A stretch of 64,000 bases of DNA from Dehalococcoidia bacterium (lineage in GTDB: Bacteria; Chloroflexota; Dehalococcoidia; Lucifugimonadales; UBA3495), in assembly GCA_965220105.1 (NCBI GenBank), contig OZ244811.1:709157-773156 (forward strand), in the 5' to 3' direction. The position numbers and the translations under genes are program-made. Below are positions 1-10,589 of this stretch, one piece after another. Position 1 is the stretch's first letter. Every line of letters begins with the position of its first letter. Below the pieces are notes generated by a model, which was given only the letters and a program-made list of their open reading frames with translations, made no database searches and was not told where the DNA came from.

Positions 1-170
1 ACGCTCACGCCCTGCTCCAGCGCGCCGCGCAACAGCTGGATTTATCCGCCCGCGCCCTGCACCGGGTGCTCAAGATCGCCAGAACGGTTGCCGACCTGGC
101 CGCCGCCGAGCAGATTGGTCCGGCCCACCTGGCCGAAGCGTTGCAATACCGCTCCCGGGGTGTTCAATAA
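1..170 (+). CDS. comM: 3' end of YifB/ComM Mg-chelatase-like AAA+ ATPase (partial)
   Basis: Frame from nt 3 reads [53 protein letters not shown], the typical ComM C-terminus (LSAR..R.LK.ARTIADL..H.AEALQYR). Confidence 0.85.
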   Translation, partial: AHALLQRAAQQLDLSARALHRVLKIARTVADLAAAEQIGPAHLAEALQYRSRGVQ

Positions 171-202
171 GGATTTTCCGCTCACGCCTACCCGTTTCGT
201 TC

Positions 203-311
203 CGTCATTGCGAGGAGCAAAGCGACGTGGCAATCTCGTTGAGGTTGAACCTACGTCTACGAACCACCGTTGCTACGGCGACGGGATTGTTTCGCTACGC
301 TCGCGGTGACA
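203..311. repeat. CGTC-type REP-like palindromic repeat (copy 1)
   Basis: cgtcattgcgaggagcaaagcgacgtggcaatctcg ... gggattgtttcgctacgctcgcggtgaca; same family at 5555, 14943 and 16191. Confidence 0.8.
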
Positions 312-496
312 CAGTGAGTACGCATGAGGGATTTTCCGGGCTTGACGGATCGTTATTAACTGACGGATTGTTGCTGCTAGATCCGGCAATCTCCCCCTCA
401 TGTACCCCGGCCCCGAATGCCGGCGGCCTCTCCGCCTGCCGCGCTCCGCATCCGGCAGGCCTTGCCAGTCCCTGCGTCGCCGACTATCATAGCCCC

Positions 497-1030
497 ATGG
501 CGGAACGAGAAGTTAGATACAGTTTGGGCGCAGCGCAATCGGTTCTGGCTGAGACCTTCGGGCAGCCGGGCCAGCGTACCTTCCGGTTGGTGGCCGAGGC
601 TGGCCGGGCCCAGTCGTTCATCTGGCTGGAGAAAGAGCAACTGCTGCAACTGGGTGTCTACCTCAAGCAGGCCGTAGAACAGCTCGCCGATACCGATTCG
701 TCCGCGGACAGCACCCCATCAGAAGCGCCTTGGACGGGTGATCCCATCGAGCAGGATTTCCGCGCGCGGGCCATGCAATTGCAATACGACCGGGAAGCCA
801 ACTGCTTTCTCCTGCAAGCCTTTGAAGGCGACGAAGACGACCCTGACGCCGGGGCCCAAACTTCGGTGAGCTTCTGGATGACGGTGTCCCAGGTTTCGTC
901 GTTGGCTGATGAAGCCCTGCGTATTTGCGCCGCCGGCCGCCCGCCCTGCTTCCTGTGCGGTATGCCCATAGACCCTGACGGTCACCGTTGCGCCCGCGCC
1001 AACGGAAACGGCGTTTACGAAACCGGTTAG
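497..1030 (+). CDS. DUF3090 family protein
   Basis: ATG 497; GQPGQRTFRL, LEKEQL and C-terminal GRPPCFLCGMPIDPDGHRCARANG motifs; next to SCO1664-family gene. Confidence 0.85.
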   Translation: MAEREVRYSLGAAQSVLAETFGQPGQRTFRLVAEAGRAQSFIWLEKEQLLQLGVYLKQAVEQLADTDSSADSTPSEAPWTGDPIEQDFRARAMQLQYDREANCFLLQAFEGDEDDPDAGAQTSVSFWMTVSQVSSLADEALRICAAGRPPCFLCGMPIDPDGHRCARANGNGVYETG

Positions 1031-1090
1031 CCGGGCGTCCAACCCCGTCCCTGTTATCTCCGGCCGCGTTCCGTACCTTCGGGTGCTCCC

Positions 1091-1828
1091 TTGAGCAACT
1101 TAGAGCCTCCAGACCGGGATTTGCTTAGCTACGGCGAATTCGTCACTTGCGACCTGACTCCCGCCGGCTCCAACTACACCTTTCTCGCCGAGCTGTCGCT
1201 CAACGGACGGCACGGCAAGGCCATTTATAAACCCGTCCGCGGCGAGATTCCGCTGTGGGATTTTCCCACGGGCACGCTTTACAAACGGGAGTACGCCGCC
1301 TACCTGCTGAGCCAGGTGCTGGGCTGGGATTTCATCCCCCTCACCATCATCCGCGACGGCCCCCACGGCATCGGCTCGGCCCAACTCTTCGTGGAACACG
1401 ATCCCCGGGAGAACTACTACACCATATCCCGGGACAGCCTTGATGAAGAGTCCGCCGACCAGCTCCGCACCATCTGCTGCTTCGACCTGGTTGCCAATAA
1501 CACCGACCGCAAGGCGAACCACGTGCTGCGGGGCATGGACGGAAAGCTCTGGGGCATCGACCAGGGCCTGACCTTTCACGCCGACACCAAGATACGCACC
1601 GTCATCTGGGATTTCGGTGACGAACCCATTCCCGACCGACTGCTGGAACCCCTGCGCCGACTTTCCGGCCAAATCCTGTCCCCTCGCGGCGACTTGGAGG
1701 AGCTCATGACCCTGCTGGACAGCGGCGAGGCTCGGGCGCTGCTGCAACGGTTGCAGTGGGTGCTGGAGGAGGGGGTGTTCCCCGGCGTCCCGGGGCTGCG
1801 CCGCCGTCGCCGACGCGGAGAAGATTAG
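1091..1828 (+). CDS. SCO1664 family protein (PI3/4-kinase-like fold)
   Basis: GSNYTFL, IYKPVRGEIPLWDFP.GTL..RE.AAY, DGPHGIGS, NNTDRK..H, WGIDQGLTFH motifs. Confidence 0.88.
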   Translation: MSNLEPPDRDLLSYGEFVTCDLTPAGSNYTFLAELSLNGRHGKAIYKPVRGEIPLWDFPTGTLYKREYAAYLLSQVLGWDFIPLTIIRDGPHGIGSAQLFVEHDPRENYYTISRDSLDEESADQLRTICCFDLVANNTDRKANHVLRGMDGKLWGIDQGLTFHADTKIRTVIWDFGDEPIPDRLLEPLRRLSGQILSPRGDLEELMTLLDSGEARALLQRLQWVLEEGVFPGVPGLRRRRRRGED

Positions 1829-1847
1829 CCGTTATGGACCCGAGAAA

Positions 1848-2507
1848 TCAGCCGTTGGCCAGCAATCCGTAGTCGAAATGCTCCAGGTTTTCGATGATTA
1901 CGTCTGCCGCCGACAGATCCAGGTGGCGCGTCGAATCGGTCAGTGTGCAAACTGTGTACGCCCCGGAACTGGAAGCAGCCGCCAACCCAACCGGCGAGTC
2001 CTCAATGGCGACGCACTGGTTGGCCTCCAGACCAATCAGTCGCGCCGCTTTGATGTAGATGTCCGGCGCCGGTTTGCCGTTCTCGATATCGTCGCCACCC
2101 AGCTTGACCGGGAACGCATGGGTCAACCCGATGACGTCCAGCTTCAGGTTTACCCACTCCCGCAGCGACGACGATGCCACCGCGATGGGCAGGTTCCTCC
2201 GTCGGGCCTCCGCCACCAGATCGACCACACCCGGACGCGGTACCAGGTCCGAGCGCAGCACGTCCTTGACCACGTCGTTATAACCGGCCAGCAGCTCCGC
2301 AGGCGTCTGCGGGATGTTACGCAGGTCCTTCACCCGCACCCACGTCTCTTCCACCGTCGTCCCCAGCAGGTATCGGTTGTTCTCCTCCTCCGTGATTGGG
2401 GCCGCGCCGTACCGTTCGACCATCACGTTGACCGCCTTGTGAAACAGGGGCTCGCTATCAACCAGCACCCCGTCCATGTCGAACAATATCCCCCGGTATT
2501 CCGCCAT
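1848..2507 (-). CDS. HAD family phosphatase
   Basis: FDMDGVLVDSE motif I, VASSS, GKPAPDIY, IEDSPVG; start set at ATG 2507. Confidence 0.9.
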   Translation of the reverse strand: MAEYRGILFDMDGVLVDSEPLFHKAVNVMVERYGAAPITEEENNRYLLGTTVEETWVRVKDLRNIPQTPAELLAGYNDVVKDVLRSDLVPRPGVVDLVAEARRRNLPIAVASSSLREWVNLKLDVIGLTHAFPVKLGGDDIENGKPAPDIYIKAARLIGLEANQCVAIEDSPVGLAAASSSGAYTVCTLTDSTRHLDLSAADVIIENLEHFDYGLLANG

Positions 2508-2574
2508 GTTTCCATTCTCCTTGATGTACCCGGATGTGCCCGCAATGTGCGGATGCGCCGAGCCCCGACGAAGA

Positions 2575-3729
2575 TTATAGCGGGGGCCGGCGCTGGGAGA
2601 CATCTTGCCCGTCGCTCAGCAGGAAGCAGGAAGACGCCTTGAATATCGCCCAAAGAGTCATCCCAGGCTCGATTTGCATCGCCTCCAGCGAAGTGCCGGT
2701 GATATGGCACCGCAAGGTGATTCCCCCGCAATCCAGCGCCACCTGGTAGCCCGGGGGCCGCAGATCCACCGCCGACACCACTCCGGTCCAGGTGTTGCGC
2801 GCCGAAGATTGGGGCAGCGGGCCAGAGGCCAGGATGATGTCCGACGCCCGCACGCCCACAGTGACCGTCTCCCCTTCCGCCACGCCGTCGGCCAGGGGTG
2901 TTTCCAGAGTATGGTCGCCAGCGGCGCACACCATGGTGCCGTCGTGGGGCAGCCGCGCCGTAACCCGCATTTCCAGCAAATTCTCCACCCCCACCAGCCG
3001 GGCCACCCTACCTTGTCCCGGTTGCTCCAGAACCGCCAAGGGCTCGCCAATGGCGATGGCCTGGCCCCGGTCGATGACCTGCACCGAGTCGCCCAGCGCC
3101 AGCGCTTCCTCCCGGTCATGGGTCACCATGATGACCGGGCTACTGGCCCGGGCGACCGTCGCCCGCAACGCCGCCCCCAACTCGCGGCGTAATTCCATGT
3201 CCAGCGATGCAAATGGCTCGTCCAGCAGCAGCAATTTGGGCGAGGGCGCTAACGCCCGGGCCAGCGCGGTCCGCTGTTGCTGTCCGCCGGACAACTCCCC
3301 CACCCGCCGCAATTCCAGTCCGTCCAGCTGCAACGATTCTACGAGTTCCGATACGCGCTGACGGGCTGCGAGACCGCGCCGGTTACTGAGCCCGTAGGCT
3401 ATGTTGTCCCGTACGGTCAGGTGTGGGAACAGGTGATTTTGCTGCGTCACGTATCCCACCTGTCGTTGGTGGGGTGGCACCCAGATGGCGTACCTGGGAA
3501 CACCGTAGCCGTCGCTGTACACCGTGCGGCCATCAATCGCAATGAACCCGGCGTCCGGGCGGATCAGTCCGGCCAATGCGCGCAATGCCGTAGTCTTGCC
3601 CGCGCCCGATGGCCCGAACAACACCAGGATGTGACCGGCCGGCACTCCTACCGGCAAATCCAGCCGGAAGCCGTCCATCGAGACCTGGAAACGTCCCAGC
3701 ACCGACGCGTTCTGCACCGTGGGAATCAA
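2575..3729 (-). CDS. modC: Molybdate ABC transporter ATP-binding protein with TOBE domains
   Basis: GPSGAGKT, LSGGQQQR, LLLDEPF, SSARN TOBE motif; probable TTG start overlapping the modB stop. Confidence 0.88.
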   Translation of the reverse strand: MIPTVQNASVLGRFQVSMDGFRLDLPVGVPAGHILVLFGPSGAGKTTALRALAGLIRPDAGFIAIDGRTVYSDGYGVPRYAIWVPPHQRQVGYVTQQNHLFPHLTVRDNIAYGLSNRRGLAARQRVSELVESLQLDGLELRRVGELSGGQQQRTALARALAPSPKLLLLDEPFASLDMELRRELGAALRATVARASSPVIMVTHDREEALALGDSVQVIDRGQAIAIGEPLAVLEQPGQGRVARLVGVENLLEMRVTARLPHDGTMVCAAGDHTLETPLADGVAEGETVTVGVRASDIILASGPLPQSSARNTWTGVVSAVDLRPPGYQVALDCGGITLRCHITGTSLEAMQIEPGMTLWAIFKASSCFLLSDGQDVSQRRPPL

Positions 3730-4583
3730 TGCGCCGCTCCCCGACCGACCCGTAGCGCGAGGCCGAGCGCGACGAGAGCCAGCATCGACATCGCCAGCAG
3801 CAGAACGGCCAGCGCCAGCGCCGCGCCCAGGCTGGTTTCCATCGCCGTCATGATGGCCAGTGGCATCGTTTGCGTACGGCCCGTGAGGTTCCCGGCGAAC
3901 ATGATGGTTGCGCCAAACTCCGATATCGCCCGCGCCCACGCCAGCGCCATCCCGGTTGCCAGCGACGGCCAGGCCATGGGAACCGTCAAACGCCAGAACG
4001 TCCCCAACGGCGACACCCCCAGCGTTTGCGACACATCCTCGTAGGCCACGTCCACGCCGGCGAACCCGATCCGCGCGGCCCTCACGTAGAACGGCGCCGC
4101 CACGAAAACCTGCGCGAATATCACCGCCCCAGTGGTGAAAGGCAACCCGATTCCCGCCACCGACAGCGTCGGACCCAACAACCCGTTCCTGCCGAACGCC
4201 ATCAGCATTGCCACCCCCGCCACCACCGGCGGCAACACGATGGGCAGTTCCACGAACCCGTCAATCACTCGCAACACCATCGAATCACGGCGAGCCAGCA
4301 GGAGGGCGAAGGGCGTTCCAACGCCAACCACAATGGCCATACTGACGATGCTCGTTACCACCGACAGACGCACTGCCTGTATCACCAATGGCCCAGTCAA
4401 TCCATCCAGGAATCCGTCCTGCTGCCCCGCCCGAATCAGGAGCGCCAGGATGGGCAACCCGATGAAAACGACGTACATCGCCGTAGCGACCACCCCCGCC
4501 GGAGCCAGCGCACCCAGCGCTCCTCCCCGGCGTCTTACCCGGCGTCTTCCCCGCCGACCTCCCCGGGGTGACCCGTTGGCCAT
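3726..4583 (-). CDS. modB: Molybdate ABC transporter permease
   Basis: LPIVLPPVVAG, LAWARAISEFGATIMFAGN, TQTMPLAI motifs. Confidence 0.92.
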   Translation of the reverse strand: MANGSPRGGRRGRRRVRRRGGALGALAPAGVVATAMYVVFIGLPILALLIRAGQQDGFLDGLTGPLVIQAVRLSVVTSIVSMAIVVGVGTPFALLLARRDSMVLRVIDGFVELPIVLPPVVAGVAMLMAFGRNGLLGPTLSVAGIGLPFTTGAVIFAQVFVAAPFYVRAARIGFAGVDVAYEDVSQTLGVSPLGTFWRLTVPMAWPSLATGMALAWARAISEFGATIMFAGNLTGRTQTMPLAIMTAMETSLGAALALAVLLLAMSMLALVALGLALRVGRGAAH

Positions 4584-4588
4584 ACTAG

Positions 4589-5464
4589 TTACCCGCCCGC
4601 CAGGACCGGCGCGGCCCGACGAGATTTGGGCTCCACGAGTCCGCAGGGGCAGGCGACGTTGGTCGGGGGCGCGAACCCGTGGCCCCGCAATACCGCCAGG
4701 CCGGCATCGCTCAGCACATACTCGACAAACGCCAGGGCAATCTCGGGATATTCTGCTCCGGCCAGCGTGGCGATCGGATATTGCGCTGCCGTGTTCAGGT
4801 GCAGCGGTATCTTGATCTGCCGCAACGTGCCCGCATATTGCTCCGCCGCGGCATCGCTTTCATAGACGAGGCCGGCGTCCACTTCGCCCAGCGCAACCTT
4901 TTGCGCCACCGCGCGAACGCTGGTCTCGTTGGTCACCACGTTGGCCAACACCGCGTCGGCAAACCCCGCCGTAAACTGGTTGTCGGCGGCCATGGCAACC
5001 AGCGCCTGCCGGGCGTAGGCTCCAGCCGGCACCTCCTCCGCGGCCAGCGCAACCGTAACGCCCGGGTCTGCCAGGTCAGCCAGCGACCGCACCCGGCGTG
5101 AATCCGCCGGCGTCACCACCGCCATGCGGTTAGCCACGAAATATACGGGCGTATTGCCCAGCAAACCCCCTTCGTTAACCTGCTCCATTTGGCGCCAGTC
5201 CGCCGCCGCAAAAACGTCCGCCGCCGCTCCCTGCAACAACTGCGTCCGCAGCGTCTGGCTCCCGGCGAAATGCAACTCTACCTCCACGCCGTCTCGGCTC
5301 GACTCAAAGCCCTCCGCCAACTCCCCGAAGGATTCTACCAGTGACGCCGCCGCAAACACCGTCAGCGTTTCGACGCCATCCCGACCACCCGCCGCAGCGC
5401 AACCAGGGATGAATGCCGCAATGCCGGCAACCAGGATCAGGGTATTGATGATTCTGGAGAACAT
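4589..5464 (-). CDS. modA: Molybdate ABC transporter substrate-binding lipoprotein
   Basis: VFAAASL, FAGSQTL..Q...GA.ADVF, VPAGAYA, GEVDAGLVY; signal peptide with Cys. Confidence 0.92.
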   Translation of the reverse strand: MFSRIINTLILVAGIAAFIPGCAAAGGRDGVETLTVFAAASLVESFGELAEGFESSRDGVEVELHFAGSQTLRTQLLQGAAADVFAAADWRQMEQVNEGGLLGNTPVYFVANRMAVVTPADSRRVRSLADLADPGVTVALAAEEVPAGAYARQALVAMAADNQFTAGFADAVLANVVTNETSVRAVAQKVALGEVDAGLVYESDAAAEQYAGTLRQIKIPLHLNTAAQYPIATLAGAEYPEIALAFVEYVLSDAGLAVLRGHGFAPPTNVACPCGLVEPKSRRAAPVLAGG

Positions 5465-5554
5465 GGCGGCATGACAAACTCTGGCAATCGGATAACCGCC
5501 ACATTATATCCACACTGGCAGTATGCCCTGCCATTGCGAACAGCGTCCGCCGCC

Positions 5555-5647
5555 CGTCATTGCGAGAAGCGCCAGCGACGTGGCAATCTCGATCAACGTA
5601 TAGCGCTCCAAAGGCAACGGGATTGCCACGCTACGCTCACAATGACA
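5555..5647. repeat. CGTC-type REP-like palindromic repeat (copy 2)
   Basis: cgtcattgcgagaagcgccagcgacgtggcaatctcg ... gggattgccacgctacgctcacaatgaca. Confidence 0.8.
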
Positions 5648-5789
5648 GCGTTCTTGGGCCCGGGCCCCGATTGGTCTCCCTTGACTTGCCGGCGTCGCTG
5701 CCGTTAAATGGCCGCAGTCCCCAGGGGCGGCTGCTGGTCGACAGCGCCGCTCATCTCGTCCACCAATCGCAAACCGCACAGGAGGTTGC

Positions 5790-6137
5790 ATGATGGCTCT
5801 GGTTCGCTGCGTTACCGAAATGGGTATGGGAGTCGACGTCCACGGCCTCGACTACACGTTGGCCGCCAAGCGCGCCGTTTTCGACGCCATTCACCACAGC
5901 AGCCTCGGGTTCACCCGGCTGGTGAACGCTACCGCCGACGATATGACCGTCCACGTGACCATCGGCGCGCCGCGACCCGAGAAGGTCAACGCCGACGAGG
6001 TTGCTGACTCATTGCCCCATGGCCGCGCCGACATCGACGTCGTCGTGGGCGGCCTGGAGCTCCTCAACGACAACGGCAGCGACGGTACCCTCATCGCCAA
6101 CGCCATCATCACGGTGAGCATTGACGACGGCAAATAA
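5790..6137 (+). CDS. Lin0512 family protein
   Basis: EMGMGVDVHG.DYT.AA.RAV.DAI.HSS, LPHG, VVVGGL; RBS ggagg upstream. Confidence 0.85.
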   Translation: MMALVRCVTEMGMGVDVHGLDYTLAAKRAVFDAIHHSSLGFTRLVNATADDMTVHVTIGAPRPEKVNADEVADSLPHGRADIDVVVGGLELLNDNGSDGTLIANAIITVSIDDGK

Positions 6138-6258
6138 CCACCGCAGCTTTTAGTCAACACCTCGGGCGCGCCTGCGGAGTGTTAGCATCAGCGTACCCGC
6201 CAGCCGCGCCCCAGAGCCTCGCTGCAAGGTCGTTCGCCACCAGGTCGTCGGAGTATCC

Positions 6259-7314
6259 ATGCGTTTCGGGCATTTCTTCTACCCCATGAAATTCGACGAC
6301 TCCCGGGACGACCAGGCCATCCAGGAGTGTCTGGACGAAGCCGTGCTGGTTGAGGAACTGGGTTTCGACGCAATCTGGCTGGCCGAGCACTACTTTACCG
6401 GTGAGTGCGTCTACGGCGACCCGCTAGTGTTCGCCAGCGCCCTGGCCGTCAAGACCAGGCGGGTGTTGTTGGGTTTCGGCATCCTCGAATTGCCCCTCCA
6501 CAACCCGGTGCGCGTCGCCATGCAAACCGCCCTGCTGGACAACCTGTGCCAGGGGCGTCTCGTGGTGGGCACCGCCCGGGGCTCCAATTACAACGCCTTC
6601 GAGTATCTGGGTTTCGGCACCGACCCCATCCTCGGCGCCGAGCAGATGGAGGAGGCGGAGGAGTTGATGGTCAAAGCCTGGACCACCGATAACGTGGACT
6701 TCAGGGGAAAGCACTGGCGGGTTTCCTTCCCTTCCGTTCGTCCGCGGCCCTACCAGAAGCCCCATCCTCCGCTGGCCCGCGCCTGCGTCAACCGGGAATC
6801 CATCGTCCAGATGGCCCGCATCGGTCGCCCCATCCTCCTGCGGGGCCGTTCGGTCAACAGCACGGGCGCTGACATCGCCCTCTACCGCGACACCATGTCC
6901 GACGCCGGCTTCGACGACGAATCCGTGGAACGCAACCTGGACCAGATCTGGGTCTGGCGCGAGATGCACCTGGCGGAGACCGACGGCCAGGCCATGGACG
7001 AATTCCTGCCGGCCAACTTGGCAGCCTACGCCATCATGCAGGATTTCCGCGAACGCCTGAACCCCAGCGAGTTCCCCATGTCCTACCAGCCGCCGCCCGT
7101 GCAGAGGGAGGGTTACGCCGATAGTCCCGACCCGGACGCCGCCGAGAACCTGGTGGGCAGCCCCGCCCGCGTGGCCGATCAACTGGAGCAGATGCGCGCG
7201 GCCGGTATTCGCAACCTGATGCTCACCAATCGCGGCCTGGTGTCCGCCGAGGCGACCACCCGGTCGCTAAAACTGTTCGCCGAACAGGTCATGCCCCGGT
7301 TCCGCCATCCCTGA
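6259..7314 (+). CDS. LLM-class flavin-dependent oxidoreductase
   Basis: EELGFDAIWLAEHYF, PLHNPVRVA, LDNLCQGRL, PRPYQKPHPP, LVGSPARVA. Confidence 0.92.
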   Translation: MRFGHFFYPMKFDDSRDDQAIQECLDEAVLVEELGFDAIWLAEHYFTGECVYGDPLVFASALAVKTRRVLLGFGILELPLHNPVRVAMQTALLDNLCQGRLVVGTARGSNYNAFEYLGFGTDPILGAEQMEEAEELMVKAWTTDNVDFRGKHWRVSFPSVRPRPYQKPHPPLARACVNRESIVQMARIGRPILLRGRSVNSTGADIALYRDTMSDAGFDDESVERNLDQIWVWREMHLAETDGQAMDEFLPANLAAYAIMQDFRERLNPSEFPMSYQPPPVQREGYADSPDPDAAENLVGSPARVADQLEQMRAAGIRNLMLTNRGLVSAEATTRSLKLFAEQVMPRFRHP

Positions 7315-7396
7315 ACCGCCCTCTGAATTGATCTCACTCTTTGATTACCCTCTCCGTCCAAAAGGACCCTGAGCCACCCCGCACAAGGAGTTCCCC

Positions 7397-8551
7397 GTGG
7401 AAGTAAGACCTTTCAAAATTGACATTGACCAATCGGTTCTGGACGACCTCCAGGCCCGCCTGAACCTGACCCGCTGGCCCGATGAGGTCACCGACTCGGG
7501 CTGGGAGTACGGCAGCAACCTGGACTACATGAAGGAACTTGTCGAGTATTGGCGCACCGATTTCGACTGGCGCGCCCAGGAAGCCAAACTCAACGCCTTC
7601 CATCACTTCAAGAGCGAGGTCGACGGCCTGGACATCCACTTCATTCGCGAAAGCGGCGTCGGCCCCAACCCCATGCCCCTGGTCATCACCCACGGCTGGC
7701 CCAGCTGCTTCTTCGAGATGACCAAGATAATCCCCCTGCTGGCCGATCCGGGCAGCCACGGCGGCGACCCCGCCGACGCCTTCGACGTGGTGGCTCCATC
7801 CCTCCCCGGTTACGGTTTTTCCCAGGCATCCAACGAATCCGGCATGCAGGTGCAGAAGGTCGCCGACATGTGGGCCAAGCTCATGACCGAAAACCTGGGT
7901 TATCCCCGGTTCTCGGCCCAGGGCGGCGACATCGGCGCCGGAGTCACCTCTCGCCTGGCCTATGCCCACCACGACAAACTCTACGGCGTCCATCTCACAT
8001 CCATTACGCGGCCTACGCCTTACCTTGGCCCCGGCTCTGTGCCGCTGACCGAGGAGGAGGACGCCCTCGTAACCCAGCGTGACCGGTGGTTCTTGTCCGA
8101 AGGCGGTTACAACCACATCCAGGGCACCAAACCCCAGACCCTGTCCTACGGCCTCAACGACTCCCCGGCCGGCCTGTGCGCCTGGATTATCGAGAAATAC
8201 CGGACCTGGAGCGATTGCCACGGCGACATCGAGAGCCGCTACACCAAGGATGAGCTCCTCACCATCGTCACCATCTACTGGGTAACCAACACCATCGGTT
8301 CCTCGGTCCGCATGTACAAGGAAAACCAGGGCACCCTCTGGGTCATGGAACAGGACGAAAGAGTGCTGGCGCCGGCTGGCGTGGCGTCCTTCCCCCAGGA
8401 AATCTCCCGTCCCCCGCGCGAGTGGGCGGAACGTTCCTACGACGTACGCCGCTGGCAGGAGATGCCCCGGGGCGGCCACTTCGCCGCCCTCGAAGAACCC
8501 GGCCTGCTCGCCCACGAAATTCGCGAGTTTTTCCGGTCCCTGCGCGACTGA
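7397..8551 (+). CDS. Epoxide hydrolase (microsomal/EHN type)
   Basis: EHN N-terminus (PFKIDI..LDDL..RL..TRWP), HGWP, SLPGYGFS, QGGDIG nucleophile, GGHFAALEEP. Confidence 0.93.
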   Translation: MEVRPFKIDIDQSVLDDLQARLNLTRWPDEVTDSGWEYGSNLDYMKELVEYWRTDFDWRAQEAKLNAFHHFKSEVDGLDIHFIRESGVGPNPMPLVITHGWPSCFFEMTKIIPLLADPGSHGGDPADAFDVVAPSLPGYGFSQASNESGMQVQKVADMWAKLMTENLGYPRFSAQGGDIGAGVTSRLAYAHHDKLYGVHLTSITRPTPYLGPGSVPLTEEEDALVTQRDRWFLSEGGYNHIQGTKPQTLSYGLNDSPAGLCAWIIEKYRTWSDCHGDIESRYTKDELLTIVTIYWVTNTIGSSVRMYKENQGTLWVMEQDERVLAPAGVASFPQEISRPPREWAERSYDVRRWQEMPRGGHFAALEEPGLLAHEIREFFRSLRD

Positions 8552-8605
8552 TCCCGACCACCATTGCAGCGAGCACGACGTTTGCATCCCCCTCATGGAG
8601 GCGAC

Positions 8606-9691
8606 ATGAAATTCGGAATCTTTACCATCGTTCCCTATCACGAAGACTTCACCCCGTCCCAGGCGCTAAACGATGCCCTGGACCAGATCCAGTTCGCCGA
8701 CGAGGCAGGACTTGACGAAGCCTGGCTCGGCGAGCATCGCTTCTCCCGCCACGGCCTGCTCTCCGGCATCTGGTCCTTCCTGGGCGCCGTTGCCGGACGC
8801 ACCAGGAACATCCGCATCGGCACCGCCGTCATCGTCCTGCCCCTGCACAATCCGGTGCTGGTCGCTGAAGAGGTCGCTATGCTGGACGTTATCAGCGGCG
8901 GACGCTTCAACTTTGGCATCGGCTCCGGCTACCAGCGCCAGGAATTCGACGGCGTGGGCGTCGACATCGACACCAGTCGCGACCGCTTCCAGGAAGCCGT
9001 CGACGTCATCATCAAGGCCTGGACCGAAGAGACGCTTACCTACCACGGCAAGTTCACCAACGTCGATGACGTCTGGGTACTGCCCAAGCCGGTGCAGACA
9101 CCATACCCGCCCCTCTTCCAGGCCGTCAGCACCAGCCCGGCCAGCATCGATTTCGCCGCCAGCCGCGAGATTCAGGTCATCACCGGCGGCCCCACCGACA
9201 TCCTCGGCCAGGCGCCCGACGTCATCCGCCAATGGCGGGAGCGCATGGACCACTACGGCCATCCTCACGCCCATCTCGACCCGCCCATGTCCAAGTCCAT
9301 CTACGTCGCTCCGACCATGGAGGAAGCCGAGCGCGACCCCATCGGCCTGGAGGACTTCTCCTCCCGGGTGCTGCGCTCCATCGGCAGCAACGGCGCTCCC
9401 ATCGGCATGCCCGTCGACAAGGACGGCAACATCGCCAAGGGTTACGAGCACTGGGCCAACCGCCAGCAGGACCGGGAACGTCGGGACGACGTTGGCCACG
9501 CCGGCCTGCCGCCGCTGCGGGGCACCCCCGAAGTGGTCGCCGAGCGCCTCAAGCAGGTGCAGGAGGCGGGCATCAACCACGTCTTCGGCAACTTTGGTTT
9601 CGCCGGACTCCCCCACGCCAAGGTCATGCGCTCCATCGAACTCTTCGCAACGGAGGTTATGCCCCACTTTCAGGAAGTTCCGGTAGCCTAG
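8606..9691 (+). CDS. LLM-class flavin-dependent oxidoreductase
   Basis: MKFGIF after RBS ggagg; AWLGEHRF, LPLHNPVLVAEE..MLDVISGGR, PKPVQTPYPP. Confidence 0.92.
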   Translation: MKFGIFTIVPYHEDFTPSQALNDALDQIQFADEAGLDEAWLGEHRFSRHGLLSGIWSFLGAVAGRTRNIRIGTAVIVLPLHNPVLVAEEVAMLDVISGGRFNFGIGSGYQRQEFDGVGVDIDTSRDRFQEAVDVIIKAWTEETLTYHGKFTNVDDVWVLPKPVQTPYPPLFQAVSTSPASIDFAASREIQVITGGPTDILGQAPDVIRQWRERMDHYGHPHAHLDPPMSKSIYVAPTMEEAERDPIGLEDFSSRVLRSIGSNGAPIGMPVDKDGNIAKGYEHWANRQQDRERRDDVGHAGLPPLRGTPEVVAERLKQVQEAGINHVFGNFGFAGLPHAKVMRSIELFATEVMPHFQEVPVA

Positions 9692-9800
9692 CCGGCCCAT
9701 TCTTCGGCTTCCCCGGACCAACTTCCCGGAATCAACTTCCCGGGACCAAATCCCCGCAACTGGCCAATGCTCGCATCCCGCCAATCGTTTCGGAGCAAAC

Positions 9801-10589
9801 GTGACTGACCAAGCGCCCATCCTGGAAATCAGGGACGTGGTGAAGGACTTCGGCGGGGTGCGGGCCGTTGACCACTGTACGCTCAACATCATGCCCGGCA
9901 ATATCACCGGCCTGATCGGGCCGAACGGCGCCGGCAAAACCACCCTGTTCAACCTGATATCCGGCGCAATTCCGCCCACCGGCGGACAGATTCTCTTCCA
10001 GGGCCGCCGTATCGACGGCATGGAAATGCACCAGACCTTCGGGCTGGGTCTCATGCGTACCTTCCAAATTCCACGGGAGATGAAACGCATGACCGTCCTG
10101 GAAAACCTGATGCTCGTGCCCGCTCCCCAGGCCGGCGAGCGCATCTGGTCGTCCTGGTTCCTGCCCTGGCTGGTGCAACGCCAGGAACGACGCATCGAGC
10201 GCCAGGCCCTGGACGTGCTGGACTTTGTCAACCTCGGCCACCTGGCCAACGAATACGCCGGGAACCTCTCCGGCGGCCAGAAAAAGCTGCTGGAATTGGC
10301 CAGAACCCTCATGGCCGAGCCCAAACTGGTGCTGCTGGACGAACCCGCTGCCGGCGTCAACCGCACCCTGCTGCGCGACCTGTCTGCCAACATACTGACC
10401 GCCAGCGTCGAGCGTGATATCACCTTCGTTATCATCGAGCACGACATGCAGTTCGTCATGCACATGTGCGATCCCGTCATAGTCATGGCCAATGGGAGCG
10501 TGATCGCCGAGGGTACCCCGACGCAGGTGCAGGAGGACCCCCAGGTGCTCGAAGCCTATCTGGGAGGAGCCCGCCTTGGCGCTGCTTGA
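9801..10589 (+). CDS. livG: Branched-chain amino acid-type ABC transporter ATP-binding protein (LivG-like)
   Basis: FGGVRAV, GPNGAGKTT, RTFQ, LSGGQKK, LLDEPAAG, IEHDM, EAYLG. Confidence 0.9.
   Translation: MTDQAPILEIRDVVKDFGGVRAVDHCTLNIMPGNITGLIGPNGAGKTTLFNLISGAIPPTGGQILFQGRRIDGMEMHQTFGLGLMRTFQIPREMKRMTVLENLMLVPAPQAGERIWSSWFLPWLVQRQERRIERQALDVLDFVNLGHLANEYAGNLSGGQKKLLELARTLMAEPKLVLLDEPAAGVNRTLLRDLSANILTASVERDITFVIIEHDMQFVMHMCDPVIVMANGSVIAEGTPTQVQEDPQVLEAYLGGARLGAA

Noticed and set aside
227-496. N-terminal extensions of ORFs 227-1030 and 13431-15017
   Set aside because: They run through REP-like repeats; downstream starts (497, 14801) match the family N-termini
9708-9756. Imperfect 14-bp tandem repeat (acttcccggnanca) between the LLM gene and livG
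   Set aside because: Short and degenerate; no evidence of function
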